From Candidatus Latescibacterota bacterium (GTDB lineage: Bacteria; Latescibacterota; UBA2968; SICM01): DNA of 64,000 bases. The notes under the pieces were generated by a model that worked only from the letters and a program-made list of their open reading frames with translations, did no database searches and was not told where the DNA came from. Location: NCBI GenBank assembly GCA_965217865.1, contig CBDCJO010000002.1, positions 3,616,001 through 3,680,000 of the forward strand, written 5' to 3'. The translations under genes were made by a program, and so were the position numbers. This document shows, piece after piece, positions 59,852-64,000 of the stretch (within the stretch, counting starts at the first letter, position 1; the number at the start of each line of letters is the position of its first letter).

Positions 59852-60661
59852 TCATTCCACTTTAGATATGACCAGAACCCGATCTTCCTTTGTCACGATA
59901 AAATCAGCTTGTGAGTCAGACTTAAACGGGACATAACGGTGATCGGATAAATAATACTTGATTAGCATGTTGGTGGGCGACCCCAGTCCCCTATAGGTCC
60001 ACGATCCGGTATCAATCTGGTTTGACGCGGCCGTAGTCCCGTCTCTCACCTGTTCTATAAGATTCACGTGTCTGTTATCTTCGATGTTTTTCACAATCAT
60101 CAGGTGGTCGTACATGGATCTCAAATCCATCCCCACCCACGCGATCAAAAATCCCGCAAACAGGGAGATGACGACGTTTTTTTTACAGAGATACACGAGC
60201 ACTGAAGAAATCAGAAACAGAATGAACAAAAAAGACTTCCACCGCCATGCCATAAATGTGTAACCGTACAGGAGATTAACCGTACTCCCAAGCCATAGGT
60301 GGGGATAAAAAAAGATCTCAAATTCATCTGTCAGAGAGGGCACCTCCAATTCAATCACGATGTTCGGGAATTTCGTAATCCCGATGGCCTTCGCCGTGCC
60401 CCTCCAAACGGCCTGATCCCGAGTTTCATACCAGTGCTCCCCTTTTCTTGAAGAATATTCTCGCTTCCATTCCCTGCCGTCTTCTCCGACCCAAACGATT
60501 TTGAACGCTCGACCTTCGTGCGGCAGGTTTAACCTGACAACCTTTCCTTCAATAGGAATTGTTCCCTCAATTTTACTCTTGATTGGAGTCGCACACGCGG
60601 AAGGGATAGGGTACGTGCTAAAAAAAAGGACAAGTGTAAAAATAAGACCCGATCTTGTCAT
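59852..60661 (-). CDS. Hypothetical membrane protein with signal peptide
   Basis: N-terminal hydrophobic segment, internal TM helices. Confidence 0.6.
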   Translation of the reverse strand: MTRSGLIFTLVLFFSTYPIPSACATPIKSKIEGTIPIEGKVVRLNLPHEGRAFKIVWVGEDGREWKREYSSRKGEHWYETRDQAVWRGTAKAIGITKFPNIVIELEVPSLTDEFEIFFYPHLWLGSTVNLLYGYTFMAWRWKSFLFILFLISSVLVYLCKKNVVISLFAGFLIAWVGMDLRSMYDHLMIVKNIEDNRHVNLIEQVRDGTTAASNQIDTGSWTYRGLGSPTNMLIKYYLSDHRYVPFKSDSQADFIVTKEDRVLVISKVE

Positions 60662-60754
60662 CCTCGAAGACCCCAGATAGTTGCGATGAGTGATGAGCCA
60701 ACCCGGCTTCGATTTTTCTGGAACGGGTTAAGACTTTGAGCTTACCCAGAAAAA

Positions 60755-62155
60755 TCAAAACAATCGAAAGATCAAAATAATCCAACCCAACGCGGAGAGG
60801 ATCGCGATGCCTGGAAGGGTCGCGCCCGGGAGCCATTCAAATAATAGTTCTGCGAGAGCGAGAAATCCCGATGTGACGCCTTTGGAGGCCCTATAGATGA
60901 AAGAGTCGATCACTTCCTTAGACCGGTAGCGGGCATCGAACGGCAGGGGAATATAAAGAATCTCCTTCCCAGCCCGGAATATCGAATAGTCGAGGGTTTT
61001 GAAGAGAAGATAGGCGCCGGCCCCTACGGTTAATGTGGGATGAACCAGGAGGATCGCCGCTGCGGCAATGTGGAGCACCGGAATCGCAAAGTGCACGAGC
61101 TTCATGGGAAGATAACATAAAGACAGCGGTGTTACCACGAATTGAAAAATAAATGCCGCGCCGTTGAGGAGTGCATAAAAGTTTCCGAGGTAAGCCGTTC
61201 TTGCATCCTTCACGGGTTCCGCTTCCTCTAAAAGGCCGCTGAAACGAAGGTCCAGGACAGTTGAAATCACCTGCGTGACGGCGATCAGGAGGGCGAGGAT
61301 GACCAGAGTGCGATGCTGTTTGAAAAGGTTCAGACCCACCAGGCTGCCGATCCCCTTTCGCTCTTTAGGGGTTGGCGCGGGTTCCCCGCCGAGGTTGTAA
61401 GCCAAACCGGACAGGATCCCTGCCGGGAGCAAAGATATAGCCGCGAATAGCAGCAGTTGTTCCGTGCCAAGCCATATCGCAAATTGTCCAACCACAAGCG
61501 CGCCGCAGATCGCGCCAATGGAGGCGATCCCGCAGATCGGTCCATTCCATCTTTTCGCCTGGTCGGAATCCAGGGTGCTGTCTATAAACGACCAGTACTG
61601 TTCGATCAAAATTACAATATAGGCCTCCCGGAGGACATAGAGCCCACCCAATGCCAGGTGGTTTCCCATCCGGATAGCCAGATAGCAGAAAAGGATGCCG
61701 AGTGCGGTAAATGCAGATGTGAGGAAGATCGTACGTTGCGCCCCGACCCGTGAGAGAAGCCATCCATAGCCATAGAGGAACACAAACGTTCCCACCGCCG
61801 AAAGGGCCATGACAATCGGCAATCTGTGCGCACCGAAAGTATCGATGTAAAGGGAGGTCGAAACACTTCGAACGAACGCGTACCCAAAAAGCAGGAAAAA
61901 GGCGGCTGCAGCCAGCGCGAGGACGGCCGGGATCGGGCGGGAGGACTTAAAATGGCCCGGGTTTTCCGGCGGTTGGGTGGTTCTCTGGTCTTCGTACAAG
62001 GTTCGGTGAGAGAATATCCTACTGGAAATCAGGTATGGCCATATATGATTTAATCGACGGTGACCCGCTTGAGTCCCAGATCGGAAGCCTTCTTCCACAA
62101 GGCCTTTCTCCGATCGGGGGTCAGCGGAGTCCCGGGAGGCCGGGGGTCTCCACAT
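60755..62155 (-). CDS. Npt1/Npt2 (TLC) nucleotide-transporter-like MFS protein; true start probably near 62000
   Basis: GYAFVRSVS.SL, QYWSF..QAKRWNG, DYSIFRAGKEILYIPL..RYRSK.VID. Confidence 0.75.
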   Translation of the reverse strand: MWRPPASRDSADPRSEKGLVEEGFRSGTQAGHRRLNHIWPYLISSRIFSHRTLYEDQRTTQPPENPGHFKSSRPIPAVLALAAAAFFLLFGYAFVRSVSTSLYIDTFGAHRLPIVMALSAVGTFVFLYGYGWLLSRVGAQRTIFLTSAFTALGILFCYLAIRMGNHLALGGLYVLREAYIVILIEQYWSFIDSTLDSDQAKRWNGPICGIASIGAICGALVVGQFAIWLGTEQLLLFAAISLLPAGILSGLAYNLGGEPAPTPKERKGIGSLVGLNLFKQHRTLVILALLIAVTQVISTVLDLRFSGLLEEAEPVKDARTAYLGNFYALLNGAAFIFQFVVTPLSLCYLPMKLVHFAIPVLHIAAAAILLVHPTLTVGAGAYLLFKTLDYSIFRAGKEILYIPLPFDARYRSKEVIDSFIYRASKGVTSGFLALAELLFEWLPGATLPGIAILSALGWIILIFRLF

Positions 62156-62943
62156 TCGATACCCAGGCGTTCGCTGAGCAACACCTTAAGGGAGACCGGA
62201 AAGCCAAACTCCTGCACGATATCGTAAAGCTCAGCGCCCGTCTGTTGTGCAGCTTCCGCGCTCTTGATATCACCCGCCTGGTAGGCTTTCCAAAGCGTCA
62301 CCCAGATTTCAGGCGCAGTACACGGCGAACCGTCGATGCAACCCGCCGCCCCGAGTGTCAGGGCAGGAAGCATGAAGGAACTGTCCCCGGTGAAACACAA
62401 TAGGCCCATCTTGGTGAATCTTCTAATGTTGGGATAATTCCACGCGGAGTGCTTCAGACCGATTAACTGCGGAACACCCTCCTGGACTTTTTTCGCCAGG
62501 TCCGGCGTGATCTCCACTCCCGTAGCCTGGGGAAGATTGTAGAGAAAAAAAGGCAGGTCAGCCGCGCCGGCAACTGTCTTGAAATGTTCGACCATGGCCT
62601 CATCGGTCTGTCCATAGATAAAGGGTGACAGGCAGCAGAGAGCGTCCACACCGGCTCGGGCGGCGTTTTCGGCCATCCTTGCCGAGCGGACAGTGGTCGG
62701 CGAGCCCACGTGCATGATAATTTTCACCCGGCCTCGGGATTGATCGACCCCGATCTCAGCAATCCTCCGATTCTCCAGATCGTCAAGCAAAATGCTCTCC
62801 CCCGCCCCCCCCGCAAGCCACAAACCGTGCACCCCCGCTTTGATATTGAACTCCAGTACCTTCCGAAACGCACTTTCATTGAGTTTGTCATCCGGGGTCA
62901 TCGGCGTGATGATCGCCGGGATTAAACCTTTGAAATCAGCCAT
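62050..62943 (-). CDS. Dihydrodipicolinate synthase / N-acetylneuraminate lyase family protein
   Basis: PAIITP, GGAGES (no Thr-Thr, so probably not DapA), LYNLPQATG, GLKHS. Confidence 0.85.
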   Translation of the reverse strand: MADFKGLIPAIITPMTPDDKLNESAFRKVLEFNIKAGVHGLWLAGGAGESILLDDLENRRIAEIGVDQSRGRVKIIMHVGSPTTVRSARMAENAARAGVDALCCLSPFIYGQTDEAMVEHFKTVAGAADLPFFLYNLPQATGVEITPDLAKKVQEGVPQLIGLKHSAWNYPNIRRFTKMGLLCFTGDSSFMLPALTLGAAGCIDGSPCTAPEIWVTLWKAYQAGDIKSAEAAQQTGAELYDIVQEFGFPVSLKVLLSERLGIECGDPRPPGTPLTPDRRKALWKKASDLGLKRVTVD

Positions 62944-62968
62944 TACAATCCTTCTGTATCCTCAGGTC

Positions 62969-63577
62969 CTAAACCACCCGGGTACCGGTTTTGACTTTCC
63001 CAACCTCTGGCCTCCGACCACTGACCCCCGACCTCTTGGGCTGCGGGGTCGGGGGAATAATCACCAGTTCCCCCTCCACAGAGCCATCCTCTATCCGCAT
63101 GATGGCGAGCGATATCGGCAACTTAAACCGCCTGGGTCCCGCGCTGCCGGGGTTCAAAAAGAGAACGGCTCCCCGGTGCTGGATGGAAGGCCGATGAGAA
63201 TGTCCGCTGATCACGGCGTCAAAACCACTTGCGGCCGGGTCAAGATCGAGCTGATTCAGGTCGTGCAGGACATAAATAGAAGCATCGCCGATCTGAACCG
63301 TCTCGGTCTCCGGGAGCTCGCGCGCCCAATCATCCCTGTCTCGATTCCCCCGAATCGCCACAACCGGCCCCACCGTCCGAAGGTTTTCAAGGATATCCGG
63401 CCTTCCGATGTCCCCGGCGTGAATAATCAATTCAGATCCGTCGAGATACTTGACTGCTTCCGGCCGGAGAAGACCGTGAGTATCAGAGATGACGCCGACG
63501 ATATGGAGACTCGACTCACGTGGATCTCTGGACTTTTCCTGGACTTTTCCCGTTTGATCAACCGATTTCGGCGACAT
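62969..63577 (-). CDS. YfcE-like metallophosphoesterase
   Basis: ISDTHG, HAGDIG, RGNRD, SGHSH, NPGSAGPRRF. Confidence 0.9.
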   Translation of the reverse strand: MSPKSVDQTGKVQEKSRDPRESSLHIVGVISDTHGLLRPEAVKYLDGSELIIHAGDIGRPDILENLRTVGPVVAIRGNRDRDDWARELPETETVQIGDASIYVLHDLNQLDLDPAASGFDAVISGHSHRPSIQHRGAVLFLNPGSAGPRRFKLPISLAIMRIEDGSVEGELVIIPPTPQPKRSGVSGRRPEVGKVKTGTRVV

Positions 63578-63758
63578 TCAGTCAGGAACCCAAGGATCAA
63601 TGGTCTTCAAACCTTCTGCGAGCGACACATAAAATAGGAATAATCCCCCTTCCCTACAAGCGGAAATCCGGATCGGAGGTTCACGATCAACCAAATAAAA
63701 GGCCGGTTCTTCTCAAGAACCGGCATATGAAGCTCCCACGTTAGACCTTTTGAGCTTC

Positions 63759-64000
63759 TCAAACGTCCTTCGCCAGAATCTCGACCATCTCCGAAAGCGT
63801 CCTGTTTTTATCCACGGTCTCGGCGGTTTCATCCGCCAGAGAGGTTCCGCCCACAAATCGATAGATATCCGCAGCCCCCTCGTATATCTTCGGCGTCAAC
63901 CCGAGATCTTCGAACGTTTTGGCGATCTCCTCCATTTCCCCGATCCATCTGCGGGCCTTGCTCGGCATTCTTGGAAGCTCTTTCTCCATCGATGATAATC
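63759..64000 (-). CDS. C-terminus of an NAD(P)-dependent oxidoreductase (DUF1932-type), partial
   Basis: MPSKARRWIGEMEEIAKTF. Confidence 0.7.
   Translation of the reverse strand, partial: LSSMEKELPRMPSKARRWIGEMEEIAKTFEDLGLTPKIYEGAADIYRFVGGTSLADETAETVDKNRTLSEMVEILAKDV

Noticed and set aside
60755-62155. ATP/ADP translocase as evidence of energy parasitism
   Set aside because: Only a distant Npt-like MFS; such proteins also occur in free-living bacteria
62050-62943. dapA
   Set aside because: Pyruvate-binding GTTGE is replaced by GGAGE; family-level call only

Overview
A GC-rich bacterial chromosomal window. The dockerin-like C-terminus of a large S8 protease and the multiple PhyH and Gfo/Idh/MocA paralogues suggest a Latescibacterota-like organism (inference only). 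1-9.5 kb holds transport and redox/sugar-catabolic genes. 9.6-13 kb is a three-gene inactive-RadA / small partner / PolB2 operon with a perfect GAAC-N4-GTTC (LexA-type) box inside its promoter, a candidate SOS-induced mutasome. 13-27 kb holds metabolic genes, a broken glgP, the S8/FG-GAP protease, two (ACGAATC)n arrays inside a heptamer arm-spacer-arm element, and nucleotide-sugar dehydrogenases. 27-30 kb holds a cytidylate-kinase-like/PD-(D/E)xK fusion gene, a self-contained ~155-nt structured RNA gene on the opposite strand, a truncated IS1595 and a decapitated, motif-variant hpt. 30-40 kb is a decaying signalling region: a PAS sensor pseudogene, a sigma-70 factor fused to a CBM48 glycogen-binding domain and interrupted by IS3, a NarL-type two-component pair, and a c-di-GMP-I-like riboswitch upstream of a 35-aa membrane peptide. 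40-44 kb is amtB-glnK plus two duplicated TorF-like porins whose promoters share six 11-bp-phased pentamers. 47.8-52.5 kb is a beta-oxidation operon. 53-59 kb holds IS1595 elements, one a 4.4-kb cargo transposon carrying an MTase-HNH fusion, a 3-TM effector-like gene and a nested IS1182. At least ten genes carry frameshifts or stops; some of these may be sequencing errors. No rRNA, tRNA or CRISPR array was seen.
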